Source of the DNA: Bacteroides mediterraneensis | GTDB taxonomy: Bacteria > Bacteroidota > Bacteroidia > Bacteroidales > Bacteroidaceae | Reading direction: 5' to 3' | DNA length: 64,000 nt | NCBI RefSeq assembly: GCF_025993685.1 | Contig: NZ_DAJPEN010000001.1 | Location: forward strand, 301,708-365,707 | Part shown: positions 29,539 to 41,786 of the stretch, one piece after another | How the letters are laid out: each line of letters starts with the position of its first letter | Position numbering within the stretch: the stretch's first letter is position 1 | Program-made: the position numbers and the translations under genes | Notes under the pieces: model-generated | What the model was told of the DNA's origin: nothing | Databases searched by the model: none | The model's input: the letters and a program-made list of their open reading frames with translations, nothing else

Positions 29539-30903
29539 ATGGCAACAAAACCAAGTATACCGAAAGGAACAAGAGACTTTTCGCCGGTGGAAATGGCGAA
29601 ACGTAACTATATATTCAACACGATTCGCGAAGTGTTCTATCTTTATGGCTTTCAGCAGATAGAGACTCCTTCCATGGAAAACCTGTCTACCTTGATGGGT
29701 AAGTACGGGGAGGAAGGCGACAAGTTGCTTTTCAAAATCCAGAATTCGGGGGATTATTTCTCCGGGCTGACGGATGAAGAGCTGTTGAGCCGGAACGCAG
29801 CCAAGTTGGCCAGCAAGTTCTGTGAGAAGGGGTTGCGCTATGACCTGACGGTTCCTTTCGCACGTTACGTGGTGATGCACCGTGATGAAATCACTTTTCC
29901 GTTCAAGCGTTTCCAGATTCAGCCGGTATGGCGTGCCGACCGTCCGCAGAAGGGACGTTACCGTGAGTTCTACCAGTGTGATGCCGATGTAGTGGGCAGC
30001 AATTCTCTGCTGAATGAGGTGGAACTGGTGCAGATGATTGATACGGTGTTCCAGAAATTCGGTATCCGGGTTTCCATCAAGATTAACAACCGTAAGATTC
30101 TGACCGGTATTGCGGAGATTATCGGAGAAGCAGATAAGATTGTCGACATTACGGTAGCCATCGACAAGTTGGATAAAATCGGTCTGGACAATGTGAATGC
30201 GGAACTGGCTTCAAAGGGTATTCCGCAGGAAGCGATTGACAAGTTGCAGCCAATTATCCTGTTGAACGGTTCGAACGAAGAGAAACTGGCCACATTGAAG
30301 AATGTGCTGGCTGCCAGTGAAACCGGTCTGAAAGGGGTGGAGGAAAGCGAATTTATCCTGAAGACGATTGCCGGACTGGGCATCAAGTCGGAAGTGGAAC
30401 TGGATTTGACGTTGGCCCGCGGATTGAATTATTATACAGGAGCCATTTTTGAAGTGAAGGCCTTGGATGTACAGATTGGTAGTATCAGTGGAGGTGGCCG
30501 TTATGACAATCTGACAGGAGTGTTTGGTATGGACGGTATGTCGGGCGTAGGTATCTCTTTTGGTGCCGACCGTATTTACGATGTGCTGAACCAGCTGGAT
30601 TTGTATCCGAAGGAAGCCGTGAACGGTACGCAACTGCTGTTCGTCAACTTTGGAGAGGCAGAAGCGGCTTATGTACTTCCTATCTTGTCACAGGCGCGTG
30701 CGGCAGGTATCCGTGCGGAAATCTATCCGGATGCAGCCAAGATGAAAAAGCAGATGAGCTATGCCAATGCGAAGATGGTGCCGTTTGTGGCCATTGTGGG
30801 TGAGAATGAGATGAAAGAAGGAAAAGTGACACTGAAGAATATGGCAAGCGGCGAGCAGTCGCTGGTCACTCCGGATGAACTGGTAGCTGCCATTCACGGA
30901 TAA
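29539..30903 (+). CDS. hisS: Histidine--tRNA ligase
   Basis: 'PKGTRDF', 'LRYDLTVP', '[10 protein letters not shown]', 'RGLNYYTG', 'GGGRYD'. Confidence 0.98.
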   Translation: MATKPSIPKGTRDFSPVEMAKRNYIFNTIREVFYLYGFQQIETPSMENLSTLMGKYGEEGDKLLFKIQNSGDYFSGLTDEELLSRNAAKLASKFCEKGLRYDLTVPFARYVVMHRDEITFPFKRFQIQPVWRADRPQKGRYREFYQCDADVVGSNSLLNEVELVQMIDTVFQKFGIRVSIKINNRKILTGIAEIIGEADKIVDITVAIDKLDKIGLDNVNAELASKGIPQEAIDKLQPIILLNGSNEEKLATLKNVLAASETGLKGVEESEFILKTIAGLGIKSEVELDLTLARGLNYYTGAIFEVKALDVQIGSISGGGRYDNLTGVFGMDGMSGVGISFGADRIYDVLNQLDLYPKEAVNGTQLLFVNFGEAEAAYVLPILSQARAAGIRAEIYPDAAKMKKQMSYANAKMVPFVAIVGENEMKEGKVTLKNMASGEQSLVTPDELVAAIHG

Positions 30904-30926
30904 GTGTGATTTATTTATAGAATAAG

Positions 30927-30998
30927 GACACAGGTTTCACGGGAGAAGGCGGAAGATGTAAAGGCTTCGGACTTCGGTATCGTGGAACCTGTGTTTTT
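30927..30998 (+). terminator. Large-loop hairpin with T-tract after hisS
   Basis: acacaggtttcacg / cgtggaacctgtgt followed by tttttt. Confidence 0.5.
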
Positions 30999-31032
30999 TG
31001 TCGGTCTACTTTGATAAATAATTGCAGAAAAT

Positions 31033-32442
31033 ATGGAAATCGTATATTTAGTGATGGGTGTGATAGTAGGAGGGCTGTTGGGCTATTTGTTCGCGGCCCG
31101 GAAATCGGTAGCCTTGCGCTCACAGTTGCAGTGGAGCGAGGCACATGCCCAGGATTTGCTTCAAGCAGAGAAGGAACGTACGGCAGCTTTGGCAGAACAG
31201 TATAAGAAAGAGACGGAGAGGTTGCATGGACAGCTGGATGAACTTTCCGGGAAATGGGCAGAGAACGGTCGGGCACTGGCGGCTTCACAGGCGGAACGTC
31301 GGAACTTGGAAGAGCGCTTGACACATCAGAAGGAAGAGATGGAGCAGTTGCGGAAACAGTTGAACATGGAGTTTGAGAATATGGCCAACCGGATTTTCCA
31401 GCAGAAGACGGAGGCGTTCAACCGGCTTAGCTCGGAAACGCTGGGTAATCTGTTGAAACCTTTCGGCGAAAACCTGAAGGAGTTCAAGCATCAGGTGGAA
31501 GAAGTGTACGACAAGGAATCCAAACAGCGCTTTTCACTGGAGGACCGTATCAAAGAACTGATGCTGCTGAACAAGCAGATCAGTGACGATGCCAACAACC
31601 TGACCCGGGCCTTGAAAGGAGATTCCAAGATGCAGGGAAACTGGGGGGAAATGATTCTGGAAACTATTCTGGAGAATTCCGGACTGCGGGAAGGGGAAGA
31701 ATATTTCCGTCAGGAGTTTCTGAAAGATGAACATGGGGAACCGCTCAAGAATGAGCTGGGACAGCGGATGCAACCCGATGTGCTGGTGGTGTATCCGGAC
31801 AACCGGCAGGTGATTATCGACTCGAAGGTATCGCTTACGGCTTACGCCAATTATGTGGGATGTGAGGATGCCGGACAGCGGGAACAGTACTTGAAAGCCC
31901 ATTTGGCTTCGGTCAGGACACATATCGATGAATTGAGCCGGAAGGATTATTCCAGCTACAATGTCTCTGCCCTGGATTTCGTGATGATGTTCGTACCCAA
32001 CGAATCGGCTTATCTGCTGGCGTTGCAGGCCGATCCGGACTTATGGAACTATGCGTATCAGAAGAAGGTGGTGCTGATGAGCCCTACGAACCTGATTGCG
32101 GCGCTGAGGCTGGCGTTGGATTTGTGGAAACGGGAGTATCAGGTGAAAAACATTCAGGACATCATCAAGCGGGGTACTGTGCTGTATGAGAAGCTGGTGG
32201 GATTTACCGAGACTTTTGAGAAAATCGGGGATACACTGCAGGCGGCTTCCACGGCGTACAAGAATGCCCTGGGACAGCTCTCACAGGGAAAAGGTAACCT
32301 GATTCGTCAGGCGGACATGCTGACGGAGCTAGGAATTACGTCGAAAAAGAAATTCTCTCCCCGTCTCCGGCAAGAAGCAGATAAGGATGCGATGTCAGAT
32401 TCTCCTGCAAGAGACCTGTTTACTCCTGTAGAAGAGAAATGA
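31033..32442 (+). CDS. rmuC: DNA recombination protein RmuC
   Basis: N-terminal TM, coiled coil, 'QGNWGEMIL', 'QPDV...IIDSKVSL', 'FVMMFVPNE'. Confidence 0.94.
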   Translation: MEIVYLVMGVIVGGLLGYLFAARKSVALRSQLQWSEAHAQDLLQAEKERTAALAEQYKKETERLHGQLDELSGKWAENGRALAASQAERRNLEERLTHQKEEMEQLRKQLNMEFENMANRIFQQKTEAFNRLSSETLGNLLKPFGENLKEFKHQVEEVYDKESKQRFSLEDRIKELMLLNKQISDDANNLTRALKGDSKMQGNWGEMILETILENSGLREGEEYFRQEFLKDEHGEPLKNELGQRMQPDVLVVYPDNRQVIIDSKVSLTAYANYVGCEDAGQREQYLKAHLASVRTHIDELSRKDYSSYNVSALDFVMMFVPNESAYLLALQADPDLWNYAYQKKVVLMSPTNLIAALRLALDLWKREYQVKNIQDIIKRGTVLYEKLVGFTETFEKIGDTLQAASTAYKNALGQLSQGKGNLIRQADMLTELGITSKKKFSPRLRQEADKDAMSDSPARDLFTPVEEK

Positions 32443-32616
32443 AGATGGAAGGAAGAAAAAACTGCTTATGATGTCAGCGTTCAAATCCACTTTGTCAGTA
32501 AATTCATGTCAGAATGGCAGTTTTGAGCTTTGGCACGCTTTTCGTAAGAAGATTGATGCTTTCGTGTACAATGCATGAGGCTATAATCTAGTATAAACGT
32601 AAAAAAATATAGTATT

Positions 32617-32889
32617 ATGAACATTAAACCATTAGCAGACAGAGTCCTGATTCTTCCGGCTCCTGCAGAAGAAAAAACAATCGGCGGTATTATTATTCCT
32701 GACACAGCAAAAGAAAAACCGTTGCAGGGTGAAGTAGTGGCCGTAGGCCATGGCACAAAAGACGAAGAAATGGTCTTGAAAGTAGGCGATACGGTCTTGT
32801 ACGGAAAATATTCTGGTACAGAAATCGAATATGAAGGCGTGAAGTATTTGATGATGCGTCAGAGCGATGTACTGGCAGTTTTGGGATAA
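32617..32889 (+). CDS. groES: Co-chaperonin GroES
   Basis: 'KPLADRVLI', '[13 protein letters not shown]'. Confidence 0.99.
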   Translation: MNIKPLADRVLILPAPAEEKTIGGIIIPDTAKEKPLQGEVVAVGHGTKDEEMVLKVGDTVLYGKYSGTEIEYEGVKYLMMRQSDVLAVLG

Positions 32890-32914
32890 TTCATTCATTT
32901 ATTTAAAAGATTAG

Positions 32915-34567
<1,653 letters not shown>

Positions 34568-34591
34568 TTTCTCCTTTCAAGCTATAAAAGT

Positions 34592-34627
34592 AAAATCCCA
34601 ACCGGACTTTCCGGCTGGGATTTTTTT
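34592..34627. terminator. Intrinsic terminator of groESL (probably bidirectional)
   Basis: aaaatcccaaccgg / ccggctgggatttt plus T-tract. Confidence 0.8.
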
Positions 34628-34641
34628 GTATAAGAGAGAAT

Positions 34642-36387
34642 TTAGTACCCCGGATTCTGTGTCATATCCGGATTGTTGTTGAGTATTTCTGCAGGAATAG
34701 GTAAGTAATAATTGGTGGGACTGCTGAATCCAGTTTGTTCGATGGGAATGTTCAGCAGACGATAATAAGGATAGGCTCCTCCTGTGCCCTGTAGCAGCTG
34801 AATATATTCCGCCCAGTCGGTTCCATTCAGTGAGAATGCCTCTTTTAGTTGATTCTTGATTTCAGTGGCTTGCATCTCATTCCCTATTAGAGAATAGGCG
34901 ATGGCGGCCATGAGATATACCTCTCGTAAAAGGACGGGATGAATGTAGCTTCCTCCTGGATTTCCGAAATTATCTTTGTATCCTCCCCAAAGGACTTCCT
35001 GACTGTCTGACAGGTTTGTTGCCTCCGGATCCAGACTGAATGCATTGCTGTCCAGTATATATTGGCACTGTTGAAGGGCCTCTTGGTAATATCCGGAAAT
35101 CAGGTAGGTTTTCCCTAGCAAGGCCCTGGTTGCCAACTGTCTTTTCTCGGTTGAACTGGATATCAAATCTGTCAGATAGTAGAGTAGCCAGTCTTGACTT
35201 GCTTCGTTGTCGTTGGGCATGATTTTTCCATAATATCCTAATAATTGGTTTTGAATCATTCCGTAGTCGACGGTCATATCCCAGGAAGCGGCCCATCCTT
35301 CCGACGTGTTTAATGAGGTAACCTGATCCAAGTATTTTTTACCGTTTTCCAAAGTCTGGTAAGCAAGTTCCCAGAAAGGACTGGAAGTATATTCCACCAT
35401 GTTATAGTCGAAATAGGTATCGTATAGCAGGCTGTATTCCAGATTTTTGACTTGTGTCAGGTAGATGCCGAGCTCTTCGTTCCATTTGTTTTGAATATCC
35501 GCTACGCTTACCTCCTCAGTTTTGGTCATGTAGCAGATTTTGGTTACACTGTTTTCTGCAAGGTTCCTATAATTCAGGTAGTATCTATACGGTTCGCTGT
35601 TTACCTTGTCATTTACATTGATTACTCCATCTCCATTTAAGTCAGTGAAGATAAGATTGCCATTGGCGTCAGCTCCTTCAATGAGGAAGCCGTCGGATAG
35701 ATTGGAGTAATCTTCTTTGCTGATGACATAGGTTAATGTATCATTCTGATGTGAGATGATTGCTGCTCCGTTTTCATCGGTCGTGAAAGGTCCCAGTACG
35801 GTCCCATTTCCCTCTTGGGCTTCGATGGTCACACCTTCCAGCGGTTCTCCAGTAGGTAATAGCACAAGAATGGTCGTTTCATGTAAGCTGACAATCGGTC
35901 CGTCGAGCATGGGAAAAGCCTCAGGTACGACATATACATAACTGTTTCCTGCCGGAATGGCTTCTCCTTCAATCTGGATGCCGTTGATTTGAATGTTGTC
36001 TTCCTCACGTGTCACGTAAAGTGTTTCATTGCTGATACTGGTCAAGGTGCTTCCTTCAGTAAGTTCGTTTTTGGTGTACCGTCCTTTTATAATGTGGTTT
36101 TTAATGGAAGCTGTGTCCAGTTTCTCGGTGCGACTGGCGGCATTGGCGTTTTTCACGGCAAAAACAGTCAGTTGACTTTCCTGGAGGTCGGCTACATTTG
36201 TTTTTTCCAGTATTTCCACAAACTGGCTCACCTGCGGTTTGCTTTCTTTCAGGACTTTTACAATGGTTTGCACTTCTTCCTGTCCTTTGGAAGGAGGAGG
36301 TTGCGGACTGGGAGATTCTTCATCACTACAAGCGTGTAGAATACACAATGCAAAAATGCTTGCTAAATAATACGTAAAGGTTTTCAT
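34642..36387 (-). CDS. Lipoprotein with fasciclin-like domain, beta-sandwich, DxNxDG loop and SusD-like C-terminus
   Basis: Lipobox 'LHAC'; FAS1-like 'LTVFAVKN..IKNHII..QINGIQI'; 'DLNGDGVINVND'; SusD-like 'ALLGKTYL', 'EVYLMAA', 'YLPIPAEILNNNPDMTQNPGY'. Confidence 0.7.
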   Translation of the reverse strand: MKTFTYYLASIFALCILHACSDEESPSPQPPPSKGQEEVQTIVKVLKESKPQVSQFVEILEKTNVADLQESQLTVFAVKNANAASRTEKLDTASIKNHIIKGRYTKNELTEGSTLTSISNETLYVTREEDNIQINGIQIEGEAIPAGNSYVYVVPEAFPMLDGPIVSLHETTILVLLPTGEPLEGVTIEAQEGNGTVLGPFTTDENGAAIISHQNDTLTYVISKEDYSNLSDGFLIEGADANGNLIFTDLNGDGVINVNDKVNSEPYRYYLNYRNLAENSVTKICYMTKTEEVSVADIQNKWNEELGIYLTQVKNLEYSLLYDTYFDYNMVEYTSSPFWELAYQTLENGKKYLDQVTSLNTSEGWAASWDMTVDYGMIQNQLLGYYGKIMPNDNEASQDWLLYYLTDLISSSTEKRQLATRALLGKTYLISGYYQEALQQCQYILDSNAFSLDPEATNLSDSQEVLWGGYKDNFGNPGGSYIHPVLLREVYLMAAIAYSLIGNEMQATEIKNQLKEAFSLNGTDWAEYIQLLQGTGGAYPYYRLLNIPIEQTGFSSPTNYYLPIPAEILNNNPDMTQNPGY

Positions 36388-36641
36388 AAGGCGTTTATTT
36401 TGAAGGTGGTTTATAATAAGTCTCCTAAAAATGAAATGGAGTGTTTCCCTTTTTCAAATAGTCTGGTTCCCCTTTTGAAGTCGGCTGGGGATATTGCGTT
36501 TTTCAGTGATTTCTTTTCCGTAGGTTTTCTGTTTGTTTTCAGATAAGCTTATTGGAACATCAATTAAATAAGTTGTATTTTCGTCCCGAAAGAATTATAG
36601 TAACAGATTCTTTTGTATGCCATCATAAAGGATGGCGTATT

Positions 36642-37292
36642 TTAGTTCAGGGGAATACTGAGATAGCCTTTTGAAAGTGCCTTGATGACCAAATCGGTGG
36701 CATTCTTTGCGCCGAATTTTACCATCAGGTTTTTGCGGTGCCATTCTACGGTATTTTCTGAAATAAAGAGGCATTCGGAAATTTCATGGGTATTCATTCC
36801 TTTGGCAATGGCTTTCAGCACATCCAGTTCCCGAATGGTGGGGGCAGAATCAAGTGTGTCGGTCGTATTGCTGACCTTTTCTTTTTCTTTATAGAGTTTT
36901 TGGAATTGCGGACAATAGTATGTTTTCCCCTTGAGGACAGCCTGTATGGCTTTTTCTATGTATTTTCCTGCCGACGATTTGAATACGACTGCATCAATGT
37001 CCGGATTTTTTAGCTTGTTGACAATCCAGATTTCTTCGTGCATGGTACTGACTACAATCTTGGCTGTCGGGTCTTTCTGTTTTATCTGGTGTATGAGTAT
37101 AAATCCATCTATGTCTGGCAAATCCAAATCGATGATGTAGAGCTGAAAATCAAATTGTCCCATTAAATCTTTCAGCTGGGAGCCTGTCTGTGCCGTATGT
37201 ATGCTTGTTATCCCCGGGCTATGGGACAACAGGCTTTTCAACCCTTCCAATACAAGAGGATGATCGTCGATAATGGCTACATTCAGGTTCAT
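36642..37292 (-). CDS. NarL/LuxR family response regulator
   Basis: 'IIDDHPLV', phospho-acceptor 'IDLDLPDIDG', LuxR HTH 'ISECLFISENTVEWHRKNLM'. Confidence 0.93.
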   Translation of the reverse strand: MNLNVAIIDDHPLVLEGLKSLLSHSPGITSIHTAQTGSQLKDLMGQFDFQLYIIDLDLPDIDGFILIHQIKQKDPTAKIVVSTMHEEIWIVNKLKNPDIDAVVFKSSAGKYIEKAIQAVLKGKTYYCPQFQKLYKEKEKVSNTTDTLDSAPTIRELDVLKAIAKGMNTHEISECLFISENTVEWHRKNLMVKFGAKNATDLVIKALSKGYLSIPLN

Positions 37293-37368
37293 TTATGCTT
37301 TGTCTTTTTATTTATTAACAAAAGTACGCAACCCTCTTGAGATTCCCCCCACGGTAACCCGTAGTTTT

Positions 37369-39126
37369 CTAGGTGAACAGTGGAATAATGATGGTCATTT
37401 TCTGAGAATCCAGTGAAATGCTTCCTTTCAAGGCCATCGCACGTTCTTTCATGGTCTGTAATCCGATACCCTTTCCGGAGGTGGAGATGAAGTGTCCGTT
37501 GTGGGATATGATGAGTTCCAGATTGGGAAGCTTCCATTCCAGTGAGAGATGAATTTCGGTTGGAGAAGCATGCTTGAGCGCATTGCTGGTTGCTTCCTGA
37601 ATGATGCGGTAGATATTCAGGCTGTAGGTCTCGGGGAGCACCGACCAGTCGCATTCTTCAGGTTGGGTGGTAAAGGTGACCTGGCAAGCGGCTGAGGTCA
37701 TGCGTTCCGCATAATTTTGCAGTACTTGTTTGAGCGTGGTTTCCTGAAAGGTGGGAGGAAGCAGTTCGTGGGATACCCGCCGGATGTTTTCCCGACTGTT
37801 GCGTAGCACTTCCTTCCAAGGTTCATCAAGAGAAACGGCATTCATTTCCAAGGCATACAGGTCATTGCATACCCCGTCGTGGAGCTCTTTAGCCAGGCGG
37901 TTGCGTTCTTCTTCCAGTTCTTTCAGATACGTGCGTGTGGCATTGCGCGCTGTTTCACGCTGTAAGTTCTCAAATTCACTGCGCTGTGTTTCTGCCTCTC
38001 TTTTCTGGCGTTCGATGCGTAGCCTCTGTTTTTGAATGAAATAGAGCGAGATGAAGGCCATGACTGCCAGTAGGATGAGCAGGGTGGTGATTTTCAGTTG
38101 CAGATTCTGCTTTTCTTTCTGTCGTTTTTCTTGTAGCTGTTGGTATTCCAGCTCTTTCTTTTGGGTTTCATATTTCACGGAGAGTTCCTCCAGCTGGCGG
38201 CTTTTGTCTTGTACGAACAGCGAGTCGCCGAGGGTTTTGGCCAGCCCTAATATGTGGTAAGCCTGTCGGTAGTCGGCCAGCTCCCTGTAAACAAGGTGAA
38301 GATTGTTGTAGATGTCGTATTCCAGGAACGGATAATTTTCGATACCCGGCAGCTGCAGCATCTTTTGGGCGGTCTGTGCGGCCTGCTTCCATTCTTTCTG
38401 GGTTTGTTGCACATAAAAGAGCACTTGATAGTAATTGACGAGAGCCATGGTTGAGCGGACTTTGGAAGCAAGCCGGTTAGTCTGTTGGACGAGCGGCTGA
38501 ATCTCTTGGGAGGATGCACCCTCCCGAAACAAGGTCAGCAGGTAGTAGGTGCGTGCACTGAGTTCGGTTTCCGGTTGCTGAAGCTGTTGCGAAAGCTCTA
38601 TGGCTTTAGACAGATAAGTTTTGGCTGCCTTATACTCCTTTTGTGTGATGAAGATTGAAGCGCATACATTGTAAATCTGAGTACGGAAAGCAGCGTCCTG
38701 ACATTGGTCTGCTTGGGTAACTGCTTCGTGTGCATATTTCAAGGCTTGTTCCGAATCCTTCATATCCAGGTGGATGGTGGCCAGGTTGTTGTAGAGTGTG
38801 ACAAGGGCCTGCCGGTTCTCTTCCGAGTTTTCAGGCAGGCGGACGGCTAGTTGCAGGGCTTTGTCATACGCCGCCACTGCTTCCGGAATCTTTCCGGAAG
38901 AACGCAGATACACCCCTTGTGAGGTGTAACAGGACACCATGCCGCAGGTATCCTTGTCGGTCAAAGCCTGCCGGATGGCCTGGTTGATGGCCCACAGAGC
39001 AGAATCTAGCTTGCCGGTCTGATAGAATGCATCGGCGGTTTCCGTGAGTTTCTTTATATTCGAGGGGGAGGCTGAAAGCAGGAAGCAGGACAAACCAAGC
39101 AGGAAGGTAAAAATACAGGTTCTCAT
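37369..39126 (-). CDS. TPR-repeat sensor histidine kinase (HisKA_3/NarX type)
   Basis: Signal peptide, TPR repeats, TM helix, H-box 'LAKELHDG', N-box 'QEATSNALKHA', G2 'GIGLQTMKER'. Confidence 0.88.
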   Translation of the reverse strand: MRTCIFTFLLGLSCFLLSASPSNIKKLTETADAFYQTGKLDSALWAINQAIRQALTDKDTCGMVSCYTSQGVYLRSSGKIPEAVAAYDKALQLAVRLPENSEENRQALVTLYNNLATIHLDMKDSEQALKYAHEAVTQADQCQDAAFRTQIYNVCASIFITQKEYKAAKTYLSKAIELSQQLQQPETELSARTYYLLTLFREGASSQEIQPLVQQTNRLASKVRSTMALVNYYQVLFYVQQTQKEWKQAAQTAQKMLQLPGIENYPFLEYDIYNNLHLVYRELADYRQAYHILGLAKTLGDSLFVQDKSRQLEELSVKYETQKKELEYQQLQEKRQKEKQNLQLKITTLLILLAVMAFISLYFIQKQRLRIERQKREAETQRSEFENLQRETARNATRTYLKELEEERNRLAKELHDGVCNDLYALEMNAVSLDEPWKEVLRNSRENIRRVSHELLPPTFQETTLKQVLQNYAERMTSAACQVTFTTQPEECDWSVLPETYSLNIYRIIQEATSNALKHASPTEIHLSLEWKLPNLELIISHNGHFISTSGKGIGLQTMKERAMALKGSISLDSQKMTIIIPLFT

Positions 39127-39236
39127 AGGCTATGATGATTAAGGGGGGCTTTGCAATGTAAAGAAAAAATTTGGATTATTCTAGTTTTTTCCCTATTTTC
39201 AGTTCGTTTTTGAACTTGGACTTAAAACTAAATCGT

Positions 39237-39704
39237 ATGACAAAAGAAGAATTGATGCGAAAAGCAATAGACCTGTCTGTGAAGAATGTAGCAGAAGGAG
39301 GAGGCCCTTTCGGGGCCGTGATTGCCCGGAATGGAAAGATTGTCGCTACAGGAGTAAACCGGGTGACTCCGGATTGTGACCCGACGGCCCATGCGGAGGT
39401 GAGTGCCATCCGGGCAGCTGCCAAGAAGCTGGGGACGTTTGATTTGAGCGGATGTGAAATCTATACTTCGTGTGAGCCTTGTCCCATGTGTCTGGGAGCC
39501 ATCTATTGGGCGCATCTGGACCGGATGTATTATGGGAACAACCAGCACGATGCGGCAGCCATCGGTTTCGACGATGCCTTTATTTACGAGGAATTGGACT
39601 TGAAACCGGCAGACAGACGCCTGCCTTCAGAGGTATTGCTGCCGGAAGAAGCCATCAAAGCCTTTCAGGACTGGACGGCCAAAACGGATAAGGTGGAATA
39701 TTGA
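39237..39704 (+). CDS. Nucleoside/guanine deaminase (CDA-like zinc deaminase)
   Basis: 'GGPFGAVI', 'HAEVSAIR', 'EPCPMC'; ATG 39237. Confidence 0.92.
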   Translation: MTKEELMRKAIDLSVKNVAEGGGPFGAVIARNGKIVATGVNRVTPDCDPTAHAEVSAIRAAAKKLGTFDLSGCEIYTSCEPCPMCLGAIYWAHLDRMYYGNNQHDAAAIGFDDAFIYEELDLKPADRRLPSEVLLPEEAIKAFQDWTAKTDKVEY

Positions 39705-39743
39705 AATGGTTCGGCAAGGAGGCGGTAGCGTCTTGTCGTTTTT

Positions 39744-39833
39744 TAGGTTTCCCTTGGCGGAACCGTACGTTTCTCTTGGCGGAAACTTACGGCTCCGCCA
39801 AGGGAAACGTATGTTTTACGGTAGGGAAACCTA
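39744..39833. repeat. Intergenic palindromic array: 4 units at 22-bp period (GTTTC-n8-GAAAC-type)
   Basis: Units start at 39747, 39769, 39791, 39813; perfect 11-bp terminal IR taggtttccct / agggaaaccta. Confidence 0.85.
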
Positions 39834-39894
39834 GTGGGGATAAGCGTGTTTTTCCGAAAAGCAAGCAGCATTTTCAGATTGGCTTTACTGACCG

Positions 39895-40398
39895 TTATTC
39901 AGGTTGGAGTACGGTCGTGAATTCCCGTTCAAAGTTTGGGGTGAATACGCCTTTTCCTAAGTTTTCCCGGATTTCTTCGATGGACCAGAAACGTCCGCCG
40001 GCCAGTTCTTCACTGGGAGAGATAGGACCGTCGTACACGGTCTTATGGGAAAATACCAGTTCTTTTTCTCGTGCGGATTCGAATACATAATGAGTCAGTA
40101 GCTGAGGGGTGAAGTCGGTAATGCCGAGTTCTTCGCGGACTTCCCGCTTCAAGGCCATCTCCACGCTTTCTCCCAAATCCACGTGTCCTCCCACGGAAGT
40201 ATCCCATTTGCCGGGCTGGATGTCTTTCCAGTCCGGTCGTTTCTGCAGATAGAGTTCTCCTTTACTGTTGAATACATGCAGGTGGACCACCGGGTGCAGG
40301 AGCTTGCTGCCGTTGTGACATTCTCCTCGGGTGGCCGCTCCCATGAGGTTTCCTTCCTCGTCTACGAGGGGAAACATTTCTTCGCTATTATCTTTCAT
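39895..40398 (-). CDS. NUDIX hydrolase (IPP-isomerase-like)
   Basis: 'GGHVDLGESVEMALKREVREELGI' Nudix box; 'LQKR...QPGKWD'. Confidence 0.9.
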   Translation of the reverse strand: MKDNSEEMFPLVDEEGNLMGAATRGECHNGSKLLHPVVHLHVFNSKGELYLQKRPDWKDIQPGKWDTSVGGHVDLGESVEMALKREVREELGITDFTPQLLTHYVFESAREKELVFSHKTVYDGPISPSEELAGGRFWSIEEIRENLGKGVFTPNFEREFTTVLQPE

Positions 40399-40417
40399 CG
40401 GTTGAGGCGTTTAAATT

Positions 40418-41635
40418 TTAGGGTATCAGTAAGGACGAATCGCCGTAGCTCAGGAAACGGAAATCGTGAGCCAGCGCATAGTCGTAAATCGGTCGCCAGT
40501 TTCCTTTTACAAAGGCTGAAACCAGCAATAGCAACGTGCTCTGCGGCTGGTGGAAGTTGGTCACCATTTTTTTGACGATGTGATATTCGTATCCCGGGGC
40601 GATGATAATCTGGGTACTGGTGTGCAGGGCTTCCAGTCCGTGACGGTCCATGTAGTCGAGGATGTGTTGCAGGGCCTCCAGCGTGCTCAGTGCCGGATGG
40701 GTTTCGTAGGGTTGCCATTGCTGTACGTGCAGCTCTTCCTGACTGGCGTCGGGATGCTGTGACAGGGTCACCCCGATGTAGTAAAGGCTCTCCAGGGTAC
40801 GGACGGAAGTGGTGCCCACCGCTACCGCCTCGCCTCCGTGTGCCAGCAGTTTCTCGATGGTGCTTCGGTTCACGGAGATGTATTCCGTATGCATTTCGTG
40901 TCCTTCAATTTCTTCACTCTTCACAGGTTTGAACGTGCCGGCTCCCACGTGGAGGGTCACTTCCTCCAGGTCGACTCCTTTTTCTTTCAGGGCGTTCAAT
41001 ACGCGCTCGGTGAAGTGCAGGCCGGCGGTCGGGGCCGCTACGGAACCTTTTATCTTGGAATAGACCGTCTGATAAGTCTCCTTGTCGCTTTCCTGCGTCT
41101 CTCTGTTCAAGTAGGGAGGAATGGGCAGTTCGCCGAAGAATTCCAGAATGTCGGCAAAGGTCACTTCGGGGTTGTCCCAGGTGAAATCTATCCAGTGGCT
41201 GGTGCCGTGGCAGGCGCCACGGGTGGCTGTCAGGGTAAGGGTTTTGCCTTTGACCGTCATTTCCTTATGCAGCGGGCCTTCCTTCCATTTCTTCAGGTTG
41301 CCAATCATGCAGAGCCAGGCCGCATGCTGGGTTTGCTGGAAGTTGAGGGCATAATCGTTGGGCTGGATGGGCTCCAGGCAGAATATCTCAATCAGGGCAC
41401 CGGTTTCCTTGCGGAAATGCAGACGGGCCTGAATCACTTTCGTATTGTTGAAAATCATGAGAGTGCCGGGTTCCAGGTAATCTGGAAGGGAAGTGAAATG
41501 GGTTTCACTGATTTGTCCGTGCCGATAAACCAGCAGCTTGGACTGGTCGCGGACCGGCAGCGGGAATTTTGCGATGCGGTCATCCGGCAGCGGATAATTG
41601 TAATCGCTGATTTTTATATGCTTTGTATCTTCCAT
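40418..41635 (-). CDS. queA: S-adenosylmethionine:tRNA ribosyltransferase-isomerase
   Basis: 'NNTKVIQARL', 'PIPPYL', 'GSVAAPTAGLHF', 'LHVGAGTF', 'TNFHQP', 'SYGD'. Confidence 0.96.
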   Translation of the reverse strand: MEDTKHIKISDYNYPLPDDRIAKFPLPVRDQSKLLVYRHGQISETHFTSLPDYLEPGTLMIFNNTKVIQARLHFRKETGALIEIFCLEPIQPNDYALNFQQTQHAAWLCMIGNLKKWKEGPLHKEMTVKGKTLTLTATRGACHGTSHWIDFTWDNPEVTFADILEFFGELPIPPYLNRETQESDKETYQTVYSKIKGSVAAPTAGLHFTERVLNALKEKGVDLEEVTLHVGAGTFKPVKSEEIEGHEMHTEYISVNRSTIEKLLAHGGEAVAVGTTSVRTLESLYYIGVTLSQHPDASQEELHVQQWQPYETHPALSTLEALQHILDYMDRHGLEALHTSTQIIIAPGYEYHIVKKMVTNFHQPQSTLLLLVSAFVKGNWRPIYDYALAHDFRFLSYGDSSLLIP

Positions 41636-41786
41636 GTCGTTTATTTTTTTGCAAAAGTACAATAATTAGCAGAATCCTCCTAGCAGAATATTTTTTTCGT
41701 GGACTTCCTTTCATGGCTTCTTGAATAATTTCCATATTCCGATGAAAGTCGTTACATTTGTCAGAGTTATAAAATCAGAGAAAGAT

